NCBI GenBank assembly: GCA_003427395.1
Contig: BFEA01000014.1
Coordinates: forward strand, 3,107,552 to 3,171,551
DNA from: Chara braunii
Lineage: Eukaryota; Plantae; Charophyceae
DNA length: 64,000 bases
Reading direction: 5' to 3'
The stretch's first letter is position 1, and every line of letters starts with the position of its first letter. A program made the position numbers and the translations under genes. A model generated the notes under the pieces. The model did no database searches. It was given only the letters and a program-made list of their open reading frames with translations, and was not told the DNA's origin. Shown piece by piece: positions 12,432-24,816 of the stretch.

Positions 12432-15400
12432 TGTGACGAACTATTTTCTGTAATCGCACGACTTTCTGCACGAAGTGGCTTCGAGGGTTGGGAACTGGTT
12501 GGTCGGGTGGAATGCATAGATAGGGGTTGGCCGGACAAGTTGCATGGATACCCTCGCTTCTTTCTTTTTTTTTGCTGTCGGGACCAGGGTCGCGAAAGTC
12601 CCGCGACGACGATTGAGTGACCTCGCCTTAGTGAGCGCGATAAATAACGGTTGCCATAGCTTCTTTCTTGTTCTGCTGTGGGAGAAGAAAAATTTGGCGC
12701 GATTAGCGCGAGGAAATGTCGTTTTCAAATTTACAACGGATGACAGGCTCTTGAAATCGTTTCTTTTAAGCTTTTCGAAATTTCTTTTTGCAAATAGGAT
12801 TTAGGCTAGGAATTTAGGTGCTCTGAAATCTTGTTGCGCCTCGCTTCTTGCTCGTGCACCTCTCACCGCAGTGGGAACTGGGCTCTGACTGTATCTCGCC
12901 CTTAATCCTGCATGTAACTGTAATTTTTGGCGGGCACGATTGTAACTAATACTTCTTCTTCGTGATTCTCTCATGTTTCCCCGCCTTGTTCCCCTTTGTC
13001 GTGCATATCTCGTCCTCCACTCTAATTGGCTTAGCGACTGCATGACCGATCAATGCGTGAAGTGTGGCTGCGTCCCCCACGCCACGGTTTGGCCATGCAG
13101 GCGTAGGCACTTCCTTCTCTTCCCCTTCCCCTCACTTAGGCATAATCCCGGGTTCATCGCGCAAGCATGCACGCTATAAATTTCGCAAGCACGATTAGTT
13201 TGCTCTCTCATAATTTGAAAGTTAGCGCGGTAAGTGAGGATCGGCTAACAAGTAAGTGAGAAGATAAGTAGAAGTGAGTCGGGCGACGTGACGAGCTGGT
13301 GCCAGGTAGGCGGGGTTGACGTGCAGGCCACAACGGACTGTGACATACGGGCGAACTTGGCTTGCGTACTCGGACTAAGCGGGGTGATGACTTGGTGTTG
13401 GTGCAAGGCGACGGACTGCCCGCAACGGAGATGATGTAGCGTGGAGAAAAGAGAGAGAGAGAGAGAGATGGGTGTGTGGGATGATGCCTTTCTCTAACCC
13501 TCTGTATAAATTTTGATTTCAACCTTGGTCGATCTTGTTACGGCCGTTTCGGATCTTCTTGCGAATCATTTTGGATTTTCTGCTTATGGTGTGTGTGGAA
13601 TGAACTCGCGCGCTTCCCTCACCCCTCCTTGCGCAATCCGTGGATGACCAGTTTAGCTCAAATTTCGTCACTTTCTAGTCCTTATTATGCGCTCGGGTTG
13701 GATGCGTTCCCCGTGCATATTACGGAATTGCCAACCTTTGGATCTTGTGTGTGGGATGGTGTCCTTCTTTTTCTTGTTTATGTAGTCTCGATAAGTGTCG
13801 TCAGTCCTCTTTTACTCATTTTCTTAGAGGTCGGTTTGATTTTCTCTCCCCCCCCCCCCCTTTACTCCTGTTTCATTACAGTATGGTGAGATCGTCACGA
13901 TGATTGTCTGCGCGTGACCCCGGTGAACTTGGGTTATGATGACGTAGGCCTCCTCGGTGACAAGGCTTGATACACAAACCTTTGTCGATCTGTCGTTTAT
14001 GCTTTTTTGGAGATTCGCACGGCCCTCGAGTTTGATTGCTGCATGAGTCCGGTTTATGCCTGAGTATGCATGTCAGTTTTATGTCCCCTTTTGGACAGAA
14101 AGGAGAATCAAACGAACACTCGGCGGTCCCGGCTGATGTATGCTCTGGTGGATAAGTGGATGGCTGATTCAAATGTGTGATTGCCCGCTGATTGCCTTTC
14201 TAATGTTTGTTTCTTGACACGCGCACGCGCTAGCACGGTGACGGATCAAACGATCTCTCGACCAAAGGGATAGCTAGTAAATCCAATCCAACTGATCGCA
14301 AACGCGGTCTCGTGCAGATGCGTGCAGGCTCGATCAAAATGAGCATCGCCTACACGCGGTTCTACAAAACCCACGCTCGAGTCCATGTCTAAACACGCAA
14401 AATTTCGATAGCATGGATGATGAGACTCCCTTCCACGTCACCGATCGTGAAAGTTTGAGACACCGACGGTTCCGAGAATACTAGGAGTATGCCTGTCTTC
14501 TCGCACTACCCTGCCCCTGCGTAGCATCGCGCTCGGGCTTGGTGACCGAACCCGAACGCTCGGTATCGAGCCCGAACCTGACCCAAAATTGACCGAGCCC
14601 GAACATTTTTATTTTTTTTTATTTTTTTATTTATTTTTTATATATATAGGGGTTGGGGGGCCCTGGGGGGCATCGCTCATGACTCCTAAACATACACACA
14701 CACACACACCATACACACGCAACCCTCGACATCCCACAAACACCCCACAAACACCCCACACACCACACACACATGAGGACGCGCTCGACATCCCTCTAAT
14801 TTGCGCTCGGCCGAACATGTTCGGTTCGCGTTCGGTCGAGCGCCCGAACACGTCCGGCTGCTTGGTGGGGCGCCAAACATGTTCGGTGTGCTACATAGCC
14901 CTGCCTCAACCCTTCAAAATTCCCCTTTCGGACGGGAAACGAACGTGTCTGTGAGTGGGACATTGAACGGGCCTTAAGCGCGATCCCTTTTCCCTCCCAG
15001 TTCCCCAGCTCATACGTAAGCCATGTCATCGCCGAACCCGGTGTCGTCATCCTTGGGACAGACTTCGCTCCCTACCGCCTCGTGTTGCCTTTTCATTGCC
15101 TGACGGCGGCCCCGTGGCACGTGCTTGCCCCCTACTGGCCTCGAACCCCGTGCTCCGAGTGCCAGCAGGACAGTGAGTACTGAGCCACGGGGTTCGTTCG
15201 ACGAACCAGGACTGAGGCCGAACAGCAAGCACACAGCCTGCGCCTGAGGCCCGCTTCGTCCGACTCGGAGGCTTATCACGAGCGACGTTGGCGATTGGTC
15301 AGGGAACATGACACACACAGCGTTCCACCAGTGCACCACATCCGAGCTCGGCCTCGACAGCGAAGCTCGCGGAGATGCCAATGACATCCCCCAAGGCATA

Positions 15401-15581
15401 AAAGTCGGATGCGATTCGTGCTTGCTATCTTGCATAATTGTTCCTAAGGCTTGCCAAAGGAGATTTCAGTTTTGACCTGGAACTCCACCCCCCCACTATC
15501 CTAAAATCCTTCGTACACCCCTTTTTCGCACTTTCGGGCCCCCATCCCACTCCGATCAGGAAGTCGCGCTGGGTGTGAGGT
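12432..15581 (+). repeat. Gypsy 5' LTR (contains MITE 14517-14898)
   Basis: Collinear with 23694-29659 and, more distantly, with 57380-59731. Confidence 0.9.
14517..14898. mobile_element. Non-autonomous hAT MITE (382 bp)
   Basis: Absent from the 3' LTR. TIRs CTGCGTAGCA / TGCTACATAG. 8-bp TSD CCCTGCCC (14509-14516) / CCCTGCCT (14899-14906). CCGAAC/GTTCGG subterminal repeats. Confidence 0.82.
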
Positions 15582-15594
15582 TGGTATCGGAGTC
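15582..15594 (+). promoter_or_regulatory. Primer binding site, tRNA-iMet type
   Basis: TGGTATCGGAGTC versus canonical TGGTATCAGAGC, located where LTR homology ends. Confidence 0.8.
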
Positions 15595-15825
15595 GACACG
15601 TGGCAAGCTCGCTGGGTGACAGGCAGATAGGCCCACTAGTTAAGCGACTTGGCGAACCGAGGGCGACCTAGGCAAAGGAACGCGCCTAGACGCGACCCAA
15701 TATTGACCCGGAGTAGGTCGGCGGGTCGACGGGCCTCCAACATGAACGCCAATGCAGTGCAAAACGCTACTGTACAGCTAGGTGGGGTACCTGTTCCCGC
15801 GCCACCAATCTGAGCTCGCGCACCA

Positions 15826-16998
15826 GTGGCTCCACCTGATTTGTATCTTTTTGACCCCACACATCACCTAGCCAGAACATCGCTGACCACATTGCGTGCG
15901 CAGCAATACGACAATGACGAGGCTCGAATCAACATCCCCGTCAGGCTAGGAGGAGATGCGCACCACTGGTTCAGCACTTACGTTTGGGAGAATCTCCCAA
16001 CCTTCGAGCGGGACTTTTTAAATCGATTGGACTATATCCATCCGGAGTAGGTCCTTTTTATGATCAAAGATCGGGTTCAGAAACCACTCAAATCCGTTAC
16101 TAAATATCGTAATAGGTTTTATAGGATGTTCATCAAAATACAGAGAGAGGAAGAGGTCAAGAGATATCTATTCATCGACGGGGTCCATAGCCGAACAATG
16201 AGGGTGAAACTGCGAAAGCAGTTTTCCCGAATCAATCATACCCTACAACAGATCATGACCACGACGGAAGAGATGGAACGAAAATTTGCCGTCAGTTTCC
16301 TGGACGAGAAGGATTACACCAGGGAAAAGGATTCCTCAGAACTGGCGAGAGCAAAGGCCGAGCTAGGTGCACTTCAAAACAAATTTGAAAAGATGGGTCT
16401 CATCTTGGGCCCTGTCACCTATCTAGAACAAATCGCAGCCAAGAGGCCAGTACCGAATACATCTACGGGATTGCCTACGCCGGTTATGGTCGCCTCAGCT
16501 CCTTCCCCGGACTCCTCGGCAAGGCCGAGTGAATCGAATGCCATACTGAAACTAACCCGAACATTAGTTAACTTGATACAAAAAAGTAAGAAGGAACAAC
16601 GTGAGCACAATGCCCAGATAAAATCGTTAATGAGGTCGATGCTCCCCATTGCCGTCAGAGCTGCACCATCGGTGCTAGGAATCGCCCCCGCTCAGACCAG
16701 GGGCGGAGCAAAGACAAATATGAGCGTTTGTTACACGTGCCACCAGTCGGGCCACATAGCCCGAGACTGTCAGCTCCGACCTGCACCAGCTCGAGTTGGA
16801 ACCGCCCTCGTGCCCGCTGCGCCCATGGCCAATGGGCCAGGGAGGGTGGGCACGATGATTGGAGAAATAAGAGGAGCAGGGAGTGCGGTGACCACCATTG
16901 AAGAAGTTGTGGAACTTATCCCGTTCGACCAATACGTGGTGTTGGGTTACCCAGGATTGGGAATCATCGGAACCATCCGACCCGCCAATGAACAGTAA
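15826..16998 (+). pseudogene. gag: Gypsy gag with CCHC zinc knuckle
   Basis: LGGDAHHWF..FERDFL retrotransposon-gag motif and CYTCHQSGHIARDC. Internal TAG at 16048-16050. Confidence 0.85.
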
Positions 16999-17339
16999 GA
17001 GATAGCCGAAAGGACATCTTCTCCGAGAGAAATGGAGTCGGGCGGTCCTACCTTCGTTAGTGGAGAGATCGAGGTATTGGTCATCGTTTGAGTTCTAGAT
17101 CACCGAATTCCTTTGCCTATCTAACAACAGATGTCCATATCGGAGCAAGCTAATGAGCGCATGCTACAGCATTGCAAAGCAAATAGAAAACGATTTGCTC
17201 TCGCAAAATCGACGGCTCAAAAGGGAAAAGCCCCTGCCCTCGGAGATGGGCTGGACGTTCCTAGTACTACGGACCCAATACGGTTAGGAATACTCCAAAA
17301 AGTTAATCATTTTTTGCGAATTCAAGTCATTCCGTGAAA

Positions 17340-20300
17340 ATCAGCAAAATGTGATATCGAGGTATGGGGAATCCCCTACAGCGTTGTTATCGATTCGAGA
17401 GCCAAGGTACTGACTATTTCATTGAGATTCGTAGAACGAGTCGGAAGAAGGAAGGATCTGATCACCTTGATGGAAGGAGATCATCTCGTCTCAGCGGACA
17501 GAGAGAAAATCAAAGCGGTAGGAAAAATGACGAACGTCGAGTTTCGATTAGGAAACGTTCACCGCACTAGGAGACGTTATAGTACTGGATGTGAACACCT
17601 ATGATGTCGTTCTGGGATTACCAGCCCTCACAACACTGCGGGCCAACCTGGATTTTGAGAGGCGATCCGTCATCCTTAGAAACATGGGCGGCAAACCGTA
17701 CGTTGCTCCGATGCGGCTGACTCTTCGGACCACGCCGCCCTGGACTCAGAAACCCATGCCGGTATTTAGAGGACCCCTCCGGGTGATCACCTGGAAGAGT
17801 CCTGGTGAAACTATCGAGTGACTCTGACAGCGGAGACGAAGCTAATCCTGTGATACACGATATGGCTCAACAACTGATTCGTTACACCATCCAACAGAAG
17901 ATCACAAAAACATTTGTCCTTACGGAAAAAAATCTACAACGAACGCGTGCATTAATCTTAGTGGAACCACTCGTACAAATATTGGATGCTCGACTATTCG
18001 GAACCCCCTCGGACTGAATCAGTTGTACGCGTCTAGGGGGTTCCGAAGGCGAAGCTTTGGAACCCCCTAGACGCGACGACTCTACACCCTATGAGCTTGG
18101 AATCAAAATCGTTGAGAAACCAGTGTGCTGATAGGATACCGGCGATGGCGTGACCCCGGAAGAACACGTGGCTATCCGAGAGGAAGATGCTTAGATGGTC
18201 GCCACCGTCACGGTGTTTTCCTGGCGGTCTGACAACTCCTTCATCCCTGCTCCCCTTGCGGAGAGCAGGCCCAAAGCAGGCACGAAGCACGTGGCGGTTA
18301 CCATACATAGACAACACTACGAGCTACATATGCCTCAGTTTGTACCTGATGAAACTCATCGATTGATTGCGGATATTTTAACCGAATACCAAGGAGCGAT
18401 CAACGTAACACATACGGATATCGGACTGTCCATAGTCATTCAACATGAAATTCAGACCAGAACGCACCCGCCGATCCACTATAAACCATACCGATATTCT
18501 CTCGCGGAACGAAAAGTGTTATTACAAAGAATTTGAGAATTTGAAGCTAACGGATGGATCGAACCGGCAACCGGACCCTGGTCATTTCCCATAGTCTTAG
18601 TCCTGAAGAAAAATGGGTTGATTCGCATTTGCTTTGATTACAGGAAGCTGAATTATATCACGATTAAGGATGTGTACCCCCTTCCCCGGATTGATGATCT
18701 GTTGGATGTAATTGAGTGTGCTAAGTACTTCTGTAAGTTTGACATTCGCTATTGATTTCGTCATATTCTGGTCAAGGAGGAGGACTGACCGAAGGCGGCC
18801 TTTGTGTTATTCGAGGGCACCTGGCAGTGGGTCCGTTGCCCAATACGAATTTGCAATACGCCAGCTACTTTTCAAAGAGCGATGAACGTCACATTTTAAA
18901 ATTTCGTCAACAAGACCAGGCTAACTCAGGGCATGGTTAATTTTTGCGTCATTGTGTACATGGACGACATCCTGATCTTCTTGGAATCAGTTCACGGGCA
19001 TGCACAGCATGTCGAATGGACACTTGGGGCATTGCAGGATTCTGGCTTCAAGATTGCGTTGGAGAAAATTAAGTTTTTCCTTTCGAAAATCTCGTTCCTA
19101 GGGTACGTGGTGACTCAGGGAGGCTTACGACCGGATTTGAGAAAGGTCGCGACCGTTCGGGATGCCCCTACACCTACAACGTTGACACAAGTCCGGGCCT
19201 TTTTGGGACTGGCCTCGTACTATCGTCGATTTATCAAGGGTTTTGCAGCAATCGTCCGACCTCTAACGAATCTTCTACGAAAGAACCAACCGCTGAGTTG
19301 AGACGCCGAGTGTGAAGGGGCCTTTGTCACGTTAAAGGAGAAGCAATTCATACTCATTACTGAATGGCAGCCCGAAACAATCTCCGCTATTTTGGCTCAG
19401 AAGGGGAAAGACAGCCGCGAACACTTCATCGAGTACACTTTGCAAACGGTACCGGACGAGAGAAAAAACAAGTCGGCTCTTCAGGGAGAGTGCTACGCGG
19501 TTGTCTGGGGGATTCAACACTTCCATTCGTATTTGTACGGATATAAGTTCGTCCTCGTTACGAACCATGAGCCCCTACTGGCTCTCAAGAGGTTTACCAA
19601 CTACACGGACATGATCAATGGGTTGTGCAACTGCAAGAATACGATTTCGATATCGTCCACTGGAAGACAGAGAAACACGGTAACGCCGACGGACTGACAC
19701 GATTGTACCGGCCTAGCAGGGTGGCCAAGGGTGAAAAGATCACACCGTGGAAGAAACTGGAACCAACAAGCGAGCCTTCGTACAGCCAGGTGGCCATCCT
19801 CCCTCGGACCTCCAAGAAGTGACCGGCAGACACGATGGCGATGGAGCATGGAGGTAATCCCGAAGGTGGATATGGCGAGTGGGTAGACTGTCAGCGATGT
19901 GTCTCCCGAGCTCACGGTTCCTACATCCAATATAGAATTGCGGGTAAATCCTTGTTATGTCCCTTGTGCCGCACTGATAAAATTCCGACAGAAGCTCGAT
20001 TTCTCGAAGCCACGTCGGAAGGGTTGGAAAAGACACGATGATTTAGAAGGGCCGAAGTATGGACAAATGTCGTTTGATAGCTACGGTGGTTGGGAACTCC
20101 CTCCAAGACTTTACTAAGGGGGACCGGAGGAGGGCCAATAAGAGGGCACGGGACCACCGATGGAATGAGGAAAAAAACGGAAGACGGATGGTAGTGGGAT
20201 TTGGATGTTTGTGCCTCATCCGTTCATGAGATCTGACTAGGTTAAGTCGACCTATGAGGAAACGGTAGCCCACTTCGCCGTTCGAATCACGGAGGCGGCA

Positions 20301-21310
20301 ATCAATACAAACGAGTGGTATTGGTCCAATATTCACGACGATGTTCAATTCATCGTCTGAAACTGTCCCATCTATGTCGCCGACTCAGCCGCGTAGATCG
20401 ATAGTGCCCACTGTAGTTGAACGGCCGTTCGAAAGGGTCAGCATGGATACCACAGATATTGTCGCCGCCCCTGGACCAAATAGATGCGAATATTCACTTC
20501 CTTTGGTATTTGTGGACCAGTTTTCAAAATGGATAGAGGCGTATCCTTGTAAGACGCGACAAGCGACAAAAATCGTGCGGTATGTTAACCATTTTCTCGA
20601 GATGCATCAGGACACCGAGGAAATCCTAACTGACAACAGGGCAGAATTCCGAGGGGAAGTCTTGAGGAGTCTGGTTCTACACGGTGTCTCGATTCGCACT
20701 ACCGCTCCCCATATGTCGCAATCGAACGGACTAGTAGAAAACGTCAACCGGGTAATCAAAACAGCGTTACGGCGTAATATCGCGGCCAAAGATGCCAGGC
20801 CTTGGCCCGATATCGTTGACCATGGCCTAACTTTTCATCAAGGGACACCCCAAGAGTCCACCGGCCTATCCCCCTTCCAATTACGGACCGATAGTGTGGC
20901 CTATGTAGCCCTACCGAGCCTAAATGGTGAAACGGCCCTTCTGCGACGGAACACTAGAGCAACGGTCAAAGACAAGGCCCAACACCACCTGGAATTAATG
21001 GAAAAGGCCCTCCCCTGGCTAAGCCCGAAAACAGCAAAGAATGACTGAAATGGCCCACGGACGACAAGTCCGGAGCTACGAGGCCCGAAATGGGAATGCT
21101 GGACCACGGCCCTAGTATAAGTTAGGGGACATAGTGCAAGTAAGGAAATGTGCTCGCGATGGTAAGCTAGCGCCACGATTCTTCAGGCGATTTCGCGTGG
21201 TCGAGATCGGTCCTAGCAGAGTAAATACTGTGCGGCTCGCACCGGAGGTGTCGAGAAGTCGATCGGCTCGTCCGATCATTCGACACGTGTCCTACCTTCA
21301 CCCTCTCCCA
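17340..21310 (+). pseudogene. pol: Gypsy pol: aspartic protease, RT, RNase H, PHD-like finger, integrase (frameshifted, with stops)
   Basis: PR: VVIDSRA and YDVVLGLP. RT: PWSFPIVLV, DYRKLN..KDVYPLPRIDDLLD, YMDD, FLGLASYYRRFI. RH: ECYAVVWGIQHF. IN: HFAVRIT..WYW..NCP, FERVSMD, VDQFSKW, ILTDNRAEF, SNGLVE, KLAPRF. Confidence 0.92.
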
Positions 21311-21423
21311 TCTTTTCCTTCTCTTCCATCCTCCATGTTGTCCCTCGACAGCGAGGAGGAAGACGATCACCTCAACTACCTTGATCCTTCTTCTTCTCAA
21401 CCCTCATCTCCCTCACCACCGCC

Positions 21424-22823
21424 ATGAGTTTTTCCACCGAACAGGTCATCAGCGAGCGCCTAATGGTACCCAGGGGAGCCATCTCTGCAATCCTGCAAGT
21501 ACAGCGTCCTCGACTGAGTCCAGACCTTCTTTGCTTCGCGACCTTCTTTAGCACAGTGGCCATTCACGTGGAGGCGGAGTTCAGATTCACGCAGTCCGAG
21601 GCAGCACGGGTATTGGCCGAGGTGTCGGCCTTCTTACGCAGGTCCCCACCCGGCGAGAGCCACGTATCAGTCATTGTCATCTTTATAGGTGACATCACGA
21701 CACTGCATCCAGCAAGGCACACCGCAATCCTCCGACAGCTGCGGGACCGGGCAACTTGCATCACGACTGCATGGGTGCGATTACTGGCTCGGCCGCGCGA
21801 TCGCATCGCAACAGCCAACGACATCGATCTCCAACTTCAATTTTCCTCCACCTTGCCAGAGGTCCTCCTCCCGGAGATTCGTCCTTTCGCCCGGCCTCAA
21901 TAAACTGCCACCGCCTCTCTAGAGTCTCCACGTCCGGCCTTCCCTCCGACACTCCCGCGTTTTGGCAGTCTGCAATGGACCCCGCTCCGAGTCTATCTTT
22001 CAGAATCAGGCAGTTGGACGTTCCGATTCTGGACGTGGCCAAGTGGGCAAAGTGGTGGTACACTTACGTGGCACTCAACTTCTGCCTCCTCCTTCTCGCA
22101 GTCGTTTTCCATTGGGTGGAACCTGCTGACAGGAGCGAGGAGGATGAGATCCCAGATGAAGAGTCAAAGTTATTGATTGTCCAGGCCTGGAGGGCGGACA
22201 CGGAGGGTGAGCTTCTGGGGATCTTGTTTGGGGAAGTACGTGACGGCCACTTGGATTCGATCACAAACAAAGTGCTGGTGTTCTTGACCCAACTGCGGGA
22301 CGACCTACCTTTGGAGATCCTCTCGCGCTGCGATGAAACGCCCGGGACTGCCACACTTGCCTGTACCTGGATCCCCCATCTCCTGTGGTCTACGTGCACG
22401 GAGCTGGACGGGGATCCTTGCTATTATCCCTCCGAAGGCGCTTACCTGGTCATCAACGTCACTAATCTCTCCTTCTGGGATCCTCTCATCCGACGAGTGA
22501 ATGTAGGAGAAACCAGCGAGGAAGCCGGAGAGGAGGAAGGGGAAGTAGTTGAGGAAGAGATCGAGGAGGACGATCATCTTCAGTACACGGAAGGAGAGGA
22601 AACGCCAGAGGAGGAAGAATCGGAGGCTGAATCGGACGATTCCGATTATCACGAATCGGAGGACGCCGAGTTGGAAGAGGTCATCTCGGAGCGGGAGGAA
22701 TCGGAAGAAGAAGGCGGATCGGGTGAGTCGAGTGGTCCTGACGAACTAAGCAAGGAAGAGAAAGAGGTCGTGGCACAGAGAAGACGGGCAGCGACAGAAG
22801 GCAAGCGGGCGATCGAGGAATGA
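21424..22823 (+). CDS. Extra ORF(s) of unknown function between integrase and 3' LTR, with acidic E-rich tail; probably disrupted
   Basis: ORFs 21424-21903 (ATG start, 159 aa) and 21756-22823 have protein-like composition. No env-like or chromodomain motif was recognised. Confidence 0.5.
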
Positions 22824-23693
22824 GGAGGGCCACCGCCGCAATTGCTACAGGGGGATCCGACGCTCAATCCGGAATGGCCACAAGAAGAGGCTGAGAGAAA
22901 TGGAAGCGCCACGGCAGAGGGATCAGGAAGCCGGCGCCGCCGGACAAATGAATCCATGGCCCAATCCTCTCCCCAGCCCAAGCGTCGCCTACGTCGACAT
23001 GAGGGCGCCCGGACTTAGTCCCCGATCATTATACCGCCCTCCGTGTGACTTCCTCACTCTTCAGCAGCTCATAGGCCGACCCCCATTCCCTGACAGATGA
23101 CACCCCTTCCTGCCTTCCCGCTTCCACCATCTCTACTCCACACGCCTCCTAATCACGATCTTCCCACACGCTACTACTCACTCGCTCGCCACCTCTTTCC
23201 CCATCCACGTCCTTCTCTTTAGAATAGATTCAATTTGGCAGGGATTCAATAATATAGAGTTGTATTGTATCATCGAGGGCACGATCTCAACGTGCGAAGA
23301 GTATGACGATTTCCTCACTGTTATCCACCGTACCCTCTGCATGCTCCATCCCGAAAACCCCGCTTCCCTTCCCCACCAACGTCGACACCCGCGTCTTCCC
23401 CGCATCCACCACACGATTCATTACACCTAACTCCCCACTAGAGATCGATAAATCCGTCGCTTCATGCCTCCCCTTCCCCAAGTCCACCACCTTCTCCGCC
23501 CGTAATCAGACTGGCTTTTCCGGGTAATGTTTAGAATGGAGCACACGAATGCCATGTTGGATGACTTCCACACTCAGATCTTACGGTAAGTGGCACGTAG
23601 AAGCTCCGCCTCGATCCTCGGATCGCCGGTCGATACCTGATGAGAGAGCAAGCAGGACCTTGCTCAAGATTGGAACCCCCTGGGCGTTACATA

Positions 23694-24658
23694 TGTGACA
23701 GACTATTTTCTGTAATCGCACGACTTTCTGCGCGAAGTGGCTTCGGGGGTTGGGAACAGGTTGGTCGGGTGGAAAGCATAGATAGGGGTTGGTCGAACAA
23801 GTTGCATGGATACCCTTGGGTCTTTATTTTTTTTTGCTGTCAGGACCAGGGCCGGGAAAGTCCCGCGACAACAATTGGGTGACCGCACCTTAGTGAGCGC
23901 GATAAATAACGGTTGCCATAACTTCTTTCTTGTTCTGATGTGGGAGATGGGAATTTTGGCGCGATTCGCGCGCGGGAATATCGTTTTCAAATTTACAACG
24001 GATGACGGGCTCTTGAAATTGTTTTTTTTAAGTTTTTTTTAATTTCTTTTTGCAAATAGGATTTAGACTAGGAATTTAGGTGCTCTGAAATCTTGTTGCA
24101 CCACGCTTCTTCTTCGTGCACCTCTCACCGCAGTGGGAACTGGCCTCAGATTGTATCACGCCCTTAATCCTGCATATAACTGTAATATTTGGCGGACGCG
24201 ATTGTAACGATACTCCTTGATTCTCTCGTGTTTCCCCGCCTTATTCCCCTCTGTCGTTTATACCTCGTCCTTCACTCTAATTGGCTTAGCGACTGCATGA
24301 CCAGATCGATGCGTGGTGTGGTTGTGTCCCCCACGACGCGGCTTGGCCATGCAGGCATAGGCACTTTCTTTTCGTTCCCTTCCCCTTACTTAGGCATAAT
24401 CCCAGGTTCATTGCGCAAGCATGCACGCTATAAATTTCGCAAGCGCGATTAGTTTGCTCTCTCACAATTTGGAAGTTAGTGTCGTCAGTGAGGATCGGCT
24501 AACAAGTAAGTGAGAAGATGAGCAGAAGTAAGTCGGGCGACCCAACGAGCTGGTGCCGGGTAGGCGGGGTTGACGTGGGGGCCACGACGGACTGTGACGC
24601 ACGGTGTTGGTGCGAGGAGACGGACTACCCTCATCGGAGGTGATGTAGCGTGGGGAAA

Positions 24659-24747
<89 letters not shown>

Positions 24748-24762
24748 NNNNNNNNNNNNNNN

Positions 24763-24816
<54 letters not shown>

